Source: Paramoeba atlantica (Eukaryota > Protista > Discosea). Taken from it: a stretch of 64,000 nucleotides of DNA. Of the stretch, positions 28,501 through 40,246 are shown one piece after another; within the stretch, counting starts at the first letter, position 1; each line of letters opens with the position of its first letter. The notes under the pieces were generated by a model that saw only the letters and a program-made list of their open reading frames with translations, was not told the DNA's origin and ran no database searches. Where the stretch lies: the NCBI GenBank assembly GCA_977017575.1, contig CDRNVI010000177.1, positions 124,001-188,000 of the forward strand, read 5' to 3'. Both the position numbers and the translations under genes were made by a program.

Positions 28501-31500
28501 AACTTAAAAAATATCATAGATCTGAAAAATAAGTTCTAAAAATATCAGAAAATCAGAAAATAAATTAAGGAATTGCATTCAATATGGAGACATAATTAAG
28601 AAATTGAAATTACAAAAAAATAATATGAAAAAAATGAAATAAAAAATAAATCAAATACATCAACCAAAAACAATTAAGAAATTTTATTGAACCAACTTAA
28701 AAAATATCACAGATCTGAAAAATAAGTTCTAAAAATATCAAAGAATCAGAAAATAAATTAAAAAATTGCATTCAATATGGAGACATAATTAAGAAATTGA
28801 AATTACAAAAAATTAATGTGAAAAAAAGAAAATAAAAAATAAATCAAATACATCAATTCAAAACAATTAAGAAATTTTATTGAACCAACTTAAAAAATAT
28901 CATAGATCTGAAAAATAAGTTCTAAAAATATCAGAAAATCAGAAAATAAATTAAGGAATTGCATTCAATATGGAGACATAATTAAGAAATTGAAATTACA
29001 AAAAAATAATATGAAAAAAATGAAATAAAAAATAAATCAAATACATCAACCAAAAACAATTAAGAAATTTTATTGAACCAACTTAAAAAATATCACAGAT
29101 CTGAAAAATAAGTTCTAAAAATATCAAAGAATCAGAAAATAAATTAAAAAATTGCATTCAATATGGAGACATAATTAAGAAATTGAAATTACAAAAAATT
29201 AATGTGAAAAAAAGAAAATAAAAAATAAATCAAATACATCAATTCAAAACAATTAAGAAATTTTATTGAACCAACTTAAAAAATATCATAGATCTGAAAA
29301 ATAAGTTCTAAAAATATCAGAAAATCAGAAAATAAATTAAGGAATTGCATTCAATATGGAGACATAATTAAGAAATTGAAATTACAAAAAAATAATATGA
29401 AAAAAATGAAATAAAAAATAAATCAAATACATCAACCAAAAACAATTAAGAAATTTTATTGAACCAACTTAAAAAATATCACAGATCTGAAAAATAAGTT
29501 CTAAAAATATCAAAGAATCAGAAAATAAATTAAAAAATTGCATTCAATATGGAGACATAATTAAGAAATTGAAATTACAAAAAATTAATGTGAAAAAAAG
29601 AAAATAAAAAATAAATCAAATACATCAATTCAAAACAATTAAGAAATTTTATTGAACCAACTTAAAAAATATCATAGATCTGAAAAATAAGTTCTAAAAA
29701 TATCAGAAAATCAGAAAATAAATTAAGGAATTGCATTCAATATGGAGACATAATTAAGAAATTGAAATTACAAAAAAATAATATGAAAAAAATGAAATAA
29801 AAAATAAATCAAATACATCAACCAAAAACAATTAAGAAATTTTATTGAACCAACTTAAAAAATATCACAGATCTGAAAAATAAGTTCTAAAAATATCAAA
29901 GAATCAGAAAATAAATTAAAAAATTGCATTCAATATGGAGACATAATTAAGAAATTGAAATTACAAAAAATTAATGTGAAAAAAAGAAAATAAAAAATAA
30001 ATCAAATACATCAATTCAAAACAATTAAGAAATTTTATTGAACCAACTTAAAAAATATCATAGATCTGAAAAATAAGTTCTAAAAATATCAGAAAATCAG
30101 AAAATAAATTAAGGAATTGCATTCAATATGGAGACATAATTAAGAAATTGAAATTACAAAAAAATAATATGAAAAAAATGAAATAAAAAATAAATCAAAT
30201 ACATCAACCAAAAACAATTAAGAAATTTTATTGAACCAACTTAAAAAATATCACAGATCTGAAAAATAAGTTCTAAAAATATCAAAGAATCAGAAAATAA
30301 ATTAAAAAATTGCATTCAATATGGAGACATAATTAAGAAATTGAAATTACAAAAAATTAATGTGAAAAAAAGAAAATAAAAAATAAATCAAATACATCAA
30401 TTCAAAACAATTAAGAAATTTTATTGAACCAACTTAAAAAATATCATAGATCTGAAAAATAAGTTCTAAAAATATCAGAAAATCAGAAAATAAATTAAGG
30501 AATTGCATTCAATATGGAGACATAATTAAGAAATTGAAATTACAAAAAAATAATATGAAAAAAATGAAATAAAAAATAAATCAAATACATCAACCAAAAA
30601 CAATTAAGAAATTTTATTGAACCAACTTAAAAAATATCACAGATCTGAAAAATAAGTTCTAAAAATATCAAAGAATCAGAAAATAAATTAAAAAATTGCA
30701 TTCAATATGGAGACATAATTAAGAAATTGAAATTACAAAAAATTAATGTGAAAAAAAGAAAATAAAAAATAAATCAAATACATCAATTCAAAACAATTAA
30801 GAAATTTTATTGAACCAACTTAAAAAATATCATAGATCTGAAAAATAAGTTCTAAAAATATCAGAAAATCAGAAAATAAATTAAGGAATTGCATTCAATA
30901 TGGAGACATAATTAAGAAATTGAAATTACAAAAAAATAATATGAAAAAAATGAAATAAAAAATAAATCAAATACATCAACCAAAAACAATTAAGAAATTT
31001 TATTGAACCAACTTAAAAAATATCACAGATCTGAAAAATAAGTTCTAAAAATATCAAAGAATCAGAAAATAAATTAAAAAATTGCATTCAATATGGAGAC
31101 ATAATTAAGAAATTGAAATTACAAAAAATTAATGTGAAAAAAAGAAAATAAAAAATAAATCAAATACATCAATTCAAAACAATTAAGAAATTTTATTGAA
31201 CCAACTTAAAAAATATCATAGATCTGAAAAATAAGTTCTAAAAATATCAGAAAATCAGAAAATAAATTAAGGAATTGCATTCAATATGGAGACATAATTA
31301 AGAAATTGAAATTACAAAAAAATAATATGAAAAAAATGAAATAAAAAATAAATCAAATACATCAACCAAAAACAATTAAGAAATTTTATTGAACCAACTT
31401 AAAAAATATCACAGATCTGAAAAATAAGTTCTAAAAATATCAAAGAATCAGAAAATAAATTAAAAAATTGCATTCAATATGGAGACATAATTAAGAAATT

Positions 31501-32880
31501 GAAATTACAAAAAATTAATGTGAAAAAAAGAAAATAAAAAATAAATCAAATACATCAATTCAAAACAATTAAGAAATTTTATTGAACCAACTTAAAAAAT
31601 ATCATAGATCTGAAAAATAAGTTCTAAAAATATCAGAAAATCAGAAAATAAATTAAGGAATTGCATTCAATATGGAGACATAATTAAGAAATTGAAATTA
31701 CAAAAAAATAATATGAAAAAAATGAAATAAAAAATAAATCAAATACATCAACCAAAAACAATTAAGAAATTTTATTGAACCAACTTAAAAAATATCACAG
31801 ATCTGAAAAATAAGTTCTAAAAATATCAAAGAATCAGAAAATAAATTAAAAAATTGCATTCAATATGGAGACATAATTAAGAAATTGAAATTACAAAAAA
31901 TTAATGTGAAAAAAAGAAAATAAAAAATAAATCAAATACATCAATTCAAAACAATTAAGAAATTTTATTGAACCAACTTAAAAAATATCATAGATCTGAA
32001 AAATAAGTTCTAAAAATATCAGAAAATCAGAAAATAAATTAAGGAATTGCATTCAATATGGAGACATAATTAAGAAATTGAAATTACAAAAAAATAATAT
32101 GAAAAAAATGAAATAAAAAATAAATCAAATACATCAACCAAAAACAATTAAGAAATTTTATTGAACCAACTTAAAAAATATCACAGATCTGAAAAATAAG
32201 TTCTAAAAATATCAAAGAATCAGAAAATAAATTAAAAAATTGCATTCAATATGGAGACATAATTAAGAAATTGAAATTACAAAAAATTAATGTGAAAAAA
32301 AGAAAATAAAAAATAAATCAAATACATCAATTCAAAACAATTAAGAAATTTTATTGAACCAACTTAAAAAATATCATAGATCTGAAAAATAAGTTCTAAA
32401 AATATCAGAAAATCAGAAAATAAATTAAGGAATTGCATTCAATATGGAGACATAATTAAGAAATTGAAATTACAAAAAAATAATATGAAAAAAATGAAAT
32501 AAAAAATAAATCAAATACATCAACCAAAAACAATTAAGAAATTTTATTGAACCAACTTAAAAAATATCACAGATCTGAAAAATAAGTTCTAAAAATATCA
32601 AAGAATCAGAAAATAAATTAAAAAATTGCATTCAATATGGAGACATAATTAAGAAATTGAAATTACAAAAAATTAATGTGAAAAAAAGAAAATAAAAAAT
32701 AAATCAAATACATCAATTCAAAACAATTAAGAAATTTTATTGAACCAACTTAAAAAATATTTTTAAAATGAAAAATAAATTTAAAACATCTCATAAAATT
32801 AAAAAATAAATTAAAACATTCTATTCAATATGGAAACATAATTAAGAAATTGAAATTATAAAAAAATTAATATTAAAAAA
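13558..32880. repeat. AT-rich tandem satellite: 386-bp dimer (2 x 193-bp monomers), about 49.75 dimers
   Basis: The dimer marker AATAATATG has its ATG at 13571, 13957 and 14343 (386 apart). The monomer marker CATCAA is at 13604, 13797 and 13990 (193 apart). Sequence lines 13561 and 25141 are identical (11,580 = 30 x 386). Perfect to 32760, degenerate monomer to ~32880. One AGATCT per monomer. Confidence 0.99.
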
Positions 32881-34596
32881 ATCACTTTTAATAATTTCTT
32901 ATTCATTCTTTATTTCAAATGTTCAAGTGGAAGAAGGCAAACAACTCCCCACAAATATTTCCTAATAGTATAAGTCTTGATAACAAGTCAAACTATTGTA
33001 TGAATAAACTAAAAACTGATTTGAGTGGAGAGATGTGAGGTGGTGGTGGATAAAATTATGTTGTGCTGTTCAGACCTGAAATTTTTCAGAATGCCCATAC
33101 TTGTTTAATGAAGTTAGTGCAAGTTTTCCAAGTTGATACAGAAAGTGTGAAAAAGAGTGAATATTTTTCACTCTTGTTAGAGCCTTCATCAATAAATCAG
33201 ATCCACCACCACAATCAAGACTATCATCATCAACAACCTGTTCAACTCAAGAAGACAGGTTTTTGATTAGAGCCTTTCAAAAAGCTTCTTCAACAAAATC
33301 ACATTTATGAGCATGGCAACCAAGAATCTGAAGGATTTTTCCAGTTATTTAACTCAATTCTCTAACTGCTGCTGGGTTTGAAGAAGTATGATCCCCCATC
33401 ACAGATTTAAAGGAAGAGAGGCTCAAAGAATTTGAAAAAGATTGGATTTTAGGAAATTTCTTTGCCAGATTTTAAAAACTATTTAAAAGAGAAAAAATAT
33501 CCTTTGCAATTGACAGGGCATCATGATCAACTGTTTTTCAAATACTTAAATTAACATGCCTACCTTTGCCCTAGATCCCAACAAAAAGAAAATTTTGTCC
33601 TTGTAATGAACTTCCATCATGAGAGAGAGTTGAGGATTTTCATTCTTAGACTCATAGTAGTGCTTCTAATTTTGATTAGATGCTGCCTTCACAACAAATC
33701 TGTTGGATTGTGGTTGGTGATGGAAGAGTAGGGTCTTTTTTCAAAAAAATTCAGAAAAATTCTTAAATTGCAGGAGAAATATTTCTCTGGACCATATCAA
33801 AGGAAGAAAGAGAATTGCAATCCACCAGCACCAAGCTCCTCCTCTTCTTCTTTTCCTTTTTCATCATTCTCCTCATCCTCCTCAGTCTTCTTTGCAAGCA
33901 AGGAGGTCATGAAATGAAATTTCCTCAGGAAGATCAATCAAATGATGAACTTTTATCAACAAAAAGATCAAAATTATCCAACACTTTGATGTGTGGTGGG
34001 TGGTGAATAAAATAACCACAAGCAGGTTGGCTTTCCTTGTTTCAATCATGACCACTTCATAAACCACCAGAAAATTCCTCACCACTTCCACAAAAGCAGA
34101 TTGCCCAACTTTATCAAAGAATTTAGGGGCCAATAAAGAAAAACAACCATTTTCATCCAAAACAAAATGTTCAACAACAATTCACAATTTTTGGTGTTTC
34201 AATCACTGGTTCTAAGAGGTGAGTCCTTCTCTAATAATTTTTCAATCTAAAGCCTTTTCTAATTGTCTTCACCATTTCTCCTCAAACAAGGAAGGAACAG
34301 CAATGAATGGTCCAGCATAAGTCATTGCTTTGTGGTCTGGTCCTTGATAATATTTACACTCAGCCTGCACTACTTTCAAGAATCACTTCTTTATAGGTTT
34401 CATAAGCCTTTTTTTCAAAAAAAAAAAAGATCAGTTTCAAGAAGAGGGTCTTTGAATTCAAAATCCAAAAGAATTTTGGGGATTGAAAGAAATACCTGCC
34501 TTAATCAGAGTTGTACAACAATTTTTTAGGCAATTTCAAGGGCCAGGACAATTCAACTCCAAAACAAAAAAATAAAAAAAGAAAAAAGTCTTTGTC

Positions 34597-37500
34597 ATGG
34601 TGCTACCTGCACAACTTTGGGCATGTTTGCACTCTAGAAAGAGAGAAAGAGTGGTGGTGAGAAAGGGAGAAAGGAGAGACAAAAGAAAAACAAAGAATTC
34701 AAAAATCCCAAAAGAGAGAAGAAGAATGAAAGAGAAAGAAAAGAAAAACAAAAACAAAGTGAAAAAGACAAAAAGACAAAAAAAAAAAAGGAGGGGGGGG
34801 AGGAAAGGAAAAAAAAAAGAGATTTCAAAAGAAAAAGAAAAGAAAAAAAGAGGAAAAAAAAAGACTTTTTCCCCCTTGAAAAACAACAAACAACAAACCA
34901 CAAACCAACCACACCACCAATCACTTCCCACTTCATCCAAATCAATACCCACTCTCCCCTCTTCCTCTCAAACCCCACCTTCAAAAGCTCTGCTCCCCAC
35001 CCCTGATGTAACAAAAGATTTTCGAGATTGCCATGGCCATGCCTCTTGATCCTGGGCACCCTCAAACCAGATAGCACAGAAAACTTTCAGTTCCCAAAAC
35101 TTCACTCGGAAAAGAGTCGCAGCCAAGAAGGAGAGCAAGAGAAAGAAAAAGAAGGAAAAAAAGAAGAGGTCAGAGAAAGAGAAAAGGAAGGAAAAAGACA
35201 AAGAGAACCCCAAAAAAGCGAGAGCAGGAGCAGAAACAACGAAGAAAGAGAGAAAAGAAAGGAAGAGAATGAAAAGAAAAAGAAAATAGAGGAGGAAAAA
35301 AAACAGGAAGGAAAAAGAATGGAAAAAAAGAGGAAGAAAGAGAAAAATCAGAAAAAGAAAAGAATGAAAGAAACAGAAAAGAAAGAGAAAAAGAACTAAA
35401 TTGAATGGACAATCCTCAGGCCCAGAAGACAACTTCACATCCTCCAAAATTCCTTGGCAATTGCTCATACCAAAGATGCAGAGGCCAACACCAAAAAGTA
35501 ATAGTCTCCTGATGCGAGAAGTGCCTCCTTACATTTTGCTCCTTTTCCCACCACAGGAAGTCACAAACTCTCTGTCACCCTCTTCCTCCCCCCCCCACCC
35601 CAACCTCTCCCATCCCTAACCTCCCCTCCCTGCTCTCCCTCCAATCCCCCCTCCCACCCTCCCTCCCCAATTCCCTCCCACCCTCCCTCCCCACTTCCCT
35701 CCCCCCCTCCCTCCCCCACTCCCTATCCCTCTCTGCATCTCAATCTTAATCCTGATCTCAATCCCTCCAGCACCCCTCCCCCTTCATGTAACAACCCTGA
35801 ATGCAATGGTAAAGCAGAAGTTGGCTCCCACATCTCCTGTAACCACTGTCAAATGCATTATTGTTCAACACAATGCCACAACAGCACAGAAAACCATCCC
35901 ATCACCCCTTTTCCTCCTCCCCCATCTCACCCCTCACCTCACACACCTCTCCACCCTCCTTCCCATCCACCTCATTTGCCCCCCCCCCAAGCCCACCTCA
36001 CCACCTCCCTTCCCACACCCCCTCTCACTCCCCTCTCGCTCCCCCTCCCCAACTTTCCCACTGCCCTTCTTCTCATGGCCCACCTTCTTTTCAACAAACT
36101 CCTCCCTCCCTCTCCCTTATCCTTGAACTCTTCGAAAATGGCTCCTTTGAAGATATAGTCTTAACTGTCCCCCACTTCAGAAACTTGGATCACGCAAGAA
36201 CAAGCTCCCTCCAAACATGCAGAGCTCGTGACCTCCTTGGACTTGGAATCAACCACTTCTTTGGTGGCCAACAGAAAAACTAAGACCTTACTCCCATTCT
36301 CTCCTCAGATTTCAAAAATGCTCAACAAACAAAGCAAGATGAGATATCGTCCCCCTTCTCTCGAATCACAAGTAGCACAGGGAGAATAGCCTTTCTCCTA
36401 CAGTTCTGGCAACACTGGAAACCTGCACCACAGCCTCCTGAAATCTCGCTCACAAATGTCAAAGACAACTTCTTTTTCATCTGTGGGGATGGATCTGTTG
36501 CTACCAACCCAAATGGATGGTGCATTGGAAGCTCATCACTCTGTGTTGTTCGTGAGAACAAGGAAATTGTCCACTCTCTCATCCATTCTCCCAAGCCCTG
36601 AAAACCATATTAACTGGAGAAACCGCAAGAACAACTCTTTGGCAGATAGGATCACAAGTTTAGCAGTACACAGAGGATGCCCTGACAACACCTGGAGAAT
36701 CACACCCATCCTCGACCCAGACCCACAACACATCCAACAACTCTTCTTCAATCATGGGCACTCTACAACCCTTCCTCATGGAAGCAAAGAAGAGGCTGCA
36801 ATGAACTTCATCCTCTCTCTTGAAGGAGACTCCTTCTCAAAACACATCCCCCTCCGCTACATGGACTCAGTACCACTCTGCCTTCGTGATACAGTCATCA
36901 AAACTTTTTGTGCTGTATGACACCTCTTTCATAAGATACCCCAACTCCTGATCCTCCTCCCAAAATGGATCTTTGGCTGCCTTAGAAGGGGTACTCGAGG
37001 AATGAAAGAAGTGAAATCTCAATGCACCATGGTGCGAAATTTTGAGTGGGAGAGACTCCACAAAAAACTTGAGGGCGAGCTCAGCAAACTCAAGCAAAAG
37101 AGGAGGCAGAAGTCCACCAAGAAAACCAAGGCAGACCAGATTATTGAAGAGGTCAGAAAAGGACATCTCTCCAAAGCTGCAAGGAAGCTTCAATCCAAGA
37201 GTGGATTCAGGGATCTCTCAGTCCCAGAAAATCGTGAAACTGTGAAGAACCTCTACCCAAGATCTGAGCAGGTGTGGACTCCACCAGATCAAGCCGAAAT
37301 TCCTGACTGGAAACCAGCAATCCTTGAACAAGATGAGTTTCAGTCCTTTGACTCACTTGATCTGGCCCTTTGGAGACTTCCAAAAGGCGGCACACCAGGG
37401 CTCTCAGGAATGTCTTATGAGTTTGTCACACTCCTATGCACAGACCAAGAACTCTGCTCAACCCTCAAAGAATTGACTGTCTTAATCACCAACCAAAAAC

Positions 37501-40048
37501 TCAATGAAACCATACACAACATCATGGCAACCTCTCTCTTCATTCCTCTGGCAAAAGGGGACAAAGGGATCCGTCCAATTGGTGTTGCTGAAGTTCTCAA
37601 GAGGTGGGCAGCAATTGCACTTGTTCTTGAAGTCCAACACGAGGGAATTCCTGAGAAATTGTCCCATCAGTATGGTGTATGCTTGCCAAGTGGTGCAAAA
37701 ATGGTCCACAAAGCAATATCACAGCCTATCTCCACCTCCACCCACAACATTCTGCCACAGAACTGGACATTGTTAATGCCTTCAATTCCATCTCAAGAAA
37801 AACCATCTTTGAGAGCACAGTCCAGCTGGCCCCTGTATTACTTCCATACCTCTACACCTTCTATTCTTCAGCAACACCCCTCACTCTCTCATGACCAGAA
37901 CCACACCCTCACCATGGAGGAGGGTGTCCAGCAAGGAGATCCCCTTGGGACAATTTTCTTTTGTCTGGGATTTCATGGAATCCTCAATCCAATCTTTCAG
38001 AAGGTTGATGCTCCACCGAATGCACTTCTTCTTCTCCTCTTTGTCGATGATATATTTGTTTGTGGGAGCCCAGTTGCCATTGCAGAAATCACCACTCAGA
38101 TCCAGAGTGTCCTCCCAAATGCCAACCTCAAACTTGGCACAGAAAGGGGCAAAATGGTCTGTTTCTCTCCTGAAGCGCCCAGGAGCAATGACCTCAAAAA
38201 TCTTGGCATTGGGAAGGTGGAAGTAATCACAGTTCTAGGGTCACCCATCGGGCTGAACACTCAAATTTCCAAGTGGCTTCACACCCTTGCTCAAGAATAC
38301 CAACAAGCATCACAAGACCACTGTTTAATAATGTTCTCCAACCCCCATGAAAGTCTCGAGCTTTTTGTCAAAACCATCACACCCAAACTAACATACATCT
38401 GTCACACAACACCTCTCTCTTTAACCCCTTTCCAAGACTTCATCAAGCAAACCACTACAACAAACATCAATTACCTCCTCAACCCCCTCCAAGTCCCCCA
38501 CCTGCATCCAAACAAAGAACTCCATCTCTCTCGAGTAGAAGCTGCAGGCCTTCCAAAGTCAAAAGGTGGTGGTGGCTTGAGCTACTCTCAGAACACCCAC
38601 CAAGCAGCCTTCCTTGGCTCCTGGATCTCAGTCTACCGATCCTGCTCTGAGTTCAAACCTGAACTTATCAACCTCTTTGAAGACTTTTGGAAGAGTGACT
38701 CACCCCAGCGCCAGGCTCTCCACCAAGCATATGACCATTTTGAAAGCTTCATCTTGAGTGAGTGGAAACTGCCAAGTGGTACCTCTGTCCATGAGCTCCT
38801 AACTCGATTGACAGAGCCACCATCTGACTCAATGGACACTGGAGAAAACTACAAACCACAGAAAGAAGAAGTTCACCTCCTGTGAACTTCAGGATGTCAA
38901 AAAGAAGATCATGGACCCAACACAAGACAAAAACCTCTGCCATGCAATCCGTGAGAATGAGGTTGGCCCCACCACCCACTTGTGGATGACAGCCTACCCA
39001 GACAAGGACACCTCTGGGCCAAAGCCATATTGAGCCTTAAATGCTGAAGATTTTCGCTCAGCCTACCGATGTAGGCTTGACATAGTTGACCCACACCTTG
39101 GGGCTCTCTGCAAACTTGGGACTGTCAAGTGTGGATTCTGTGAAAAAGAACTCTGTGCTGCATCCTCCCTCCACCTCTCAGATTGCACCAGTCGTGGAAG
39201 AGGAACCACACAAGAAGACACCATGCTCTCCGTGATGAACTCAAGAACATTGCCAGCTGGGCGGGAAAAACAACAATCCGAGATGGAGCCTACCGGCCAA
39301 TCGGGAAGTCACACAAGCAACCTGATCTTACAATCTGCGAGTGGCAAGGCGACCAGGATCTGTGTATTGATGTCCGAGTTGTGTCAACCCACAAAACCCC
39401 CCACTTTCGCTGTGTGATCCAAACACCCACCAAAACCCACTCTGACCCCCCATACTCGACACCCTCTCACCTGCTGCACACCATGCCAGGATCATGAAAC
39501 ACAGAGAATATGTGGACAGATGTCTGACTGAAACAGACTTTAATGCAGGAAGGGACAGAGACACCCCTGAGGAGAAACGGACCCTTAAACAAATAACTCT
39601 TTCCGTTTCTCCAAGGTGAAGTCATCTTCCTTCCAGCATCTTCATCCTCAGGTGGTGGAATATCCCCTGACATTAGTGCACTCCTACGGTCCCTCGCCTC
39701 AATTGCCCTCCAAAACGACCAGGTCCTGGATGCCAACCCCCTCCCCCTCTTCTTAAGAACAGCAAAGAAGAAGATTTCAGCTGCACTAATGAAAGCAATG
39801 GCAAACCACATGATGAGCATACAGGAAAATCTAAAACCCAGCAACCCCCTTTTGACCCATCACTCTCTGTGCTTCTCATCATCTCTCAATCCAAATGACA
39901 TTTCCATTCCCCCCTCTTCTTTCCACATGTCCTGCCCCCTTTTTCTGCAGTTCCTCCTCTCACTGGGTGAGATATTCTGCTGAATGTGCAACCATTCCCT
40001 TCTCTTACAACCATCTATTTCGAATAAAAATCTCTTTCATTGAAAAAG

Positions 40049-40084
<36 letters not shown>
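34597..40084 (+). mobile_element. RLE-type (R2-superfamily, CRE-like) non-LTR retrotransposon; 3' end exact, 5' end uncertain
   Basis: RT motifs TPGLSGMSYE, KGIRPIGVAE, LDIVNAFNSISR, GVQQGDPLG, FVDD, VLGSPIG, LPKSKGGGGL. C-terminal CGFC...HLSDC...RHHALR, PDLTI...CIDVRVV (PD..D nuclease) and KHREY. AATAAA at 40023 and A36 at 40049-40084. The C/A-rich composition extends upstream to ~34.6 kb. Confidence 0.9.
36456..39983 (+). pseudogene. RT-RLE polyprotein of the retrotransposon, interrupted
   Basis: ORF 36456-36920 is in frame with ORF 37002-38885 through a TGA at 36918. There are paired frameshifts at ~37715 and ~37890, and further shifts after 38870 leading into the Zn-knuckle/RLE; final stop at 39981-39983. 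Confidence 0.85.
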
Positions 40085-40087
<3 letters not shown>

Positions 40088-40125
40088 AGAAAAAAAAAAA
40101 AAAGAGAGAAAAAAAAAAAAAAGAG
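40023..40125 (+). terminator. Retroelement AATAAA and poly-A tail; on the minus strand this is the 5S Pol III T-run terminator
   Basis: AATAAA 40023-40028; A36, GAGAG, A14, GAGAG, A14, GAG, then the 3' end of the 5S gene. Confidence 0.8.
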
Positions 40126-40127
40126 AA

Positions 40128-40246
40128 GGTCTTCAGCACTCGGGATTCGAATGTGGTCACCCACCATTCTACTAACCGAGCCCACAGCTGCTTAACTTCC
40201 GAGTTCTGATGGGATCGGGTGCTTTCAACTGGGTATGACCGAAGAC
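40128..40246 (-). rRNA. 5S: 5S rRNA
   Basis: 119 nt: GTCTTCGGTCATACCCAGTTGAAAGCACCCGATCCCATCAGAACTCGGAAGTTAAGC...GCTGAAGACC. The terminal stem GTCTTCGG/CTGAAGAC is intact, the conserved CCCGATCCCATC.GAAC and GTTAAGC blocks are present, and a T-run follows. Confidence 0.97.

Noticed and set aside
13558-32880. CRISPR array or coding tandem repeat
   Set aside because: There are no unique spacers, the units are identical, the context is eukaryotic, the unit length is not divisible by 3, and all frames contain stops.
32900-34560. Possible second decayed non-LTR element on the minus strand (GPDHKAM, VDHDAL)
   Set aside because: Only isolated short resemblances; no GxxQG or (Y/F)xDD motif could be found. 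Left as an unidentified CpG-free relic.
35590-35730. C-rich tract (G-quadruplex on the minus strand) in the retroelement 5' region
   Set aside because: The composition is real, but it is explained equally well by Pro-rich coding or simple-repeat expansion; nothing indicates function.
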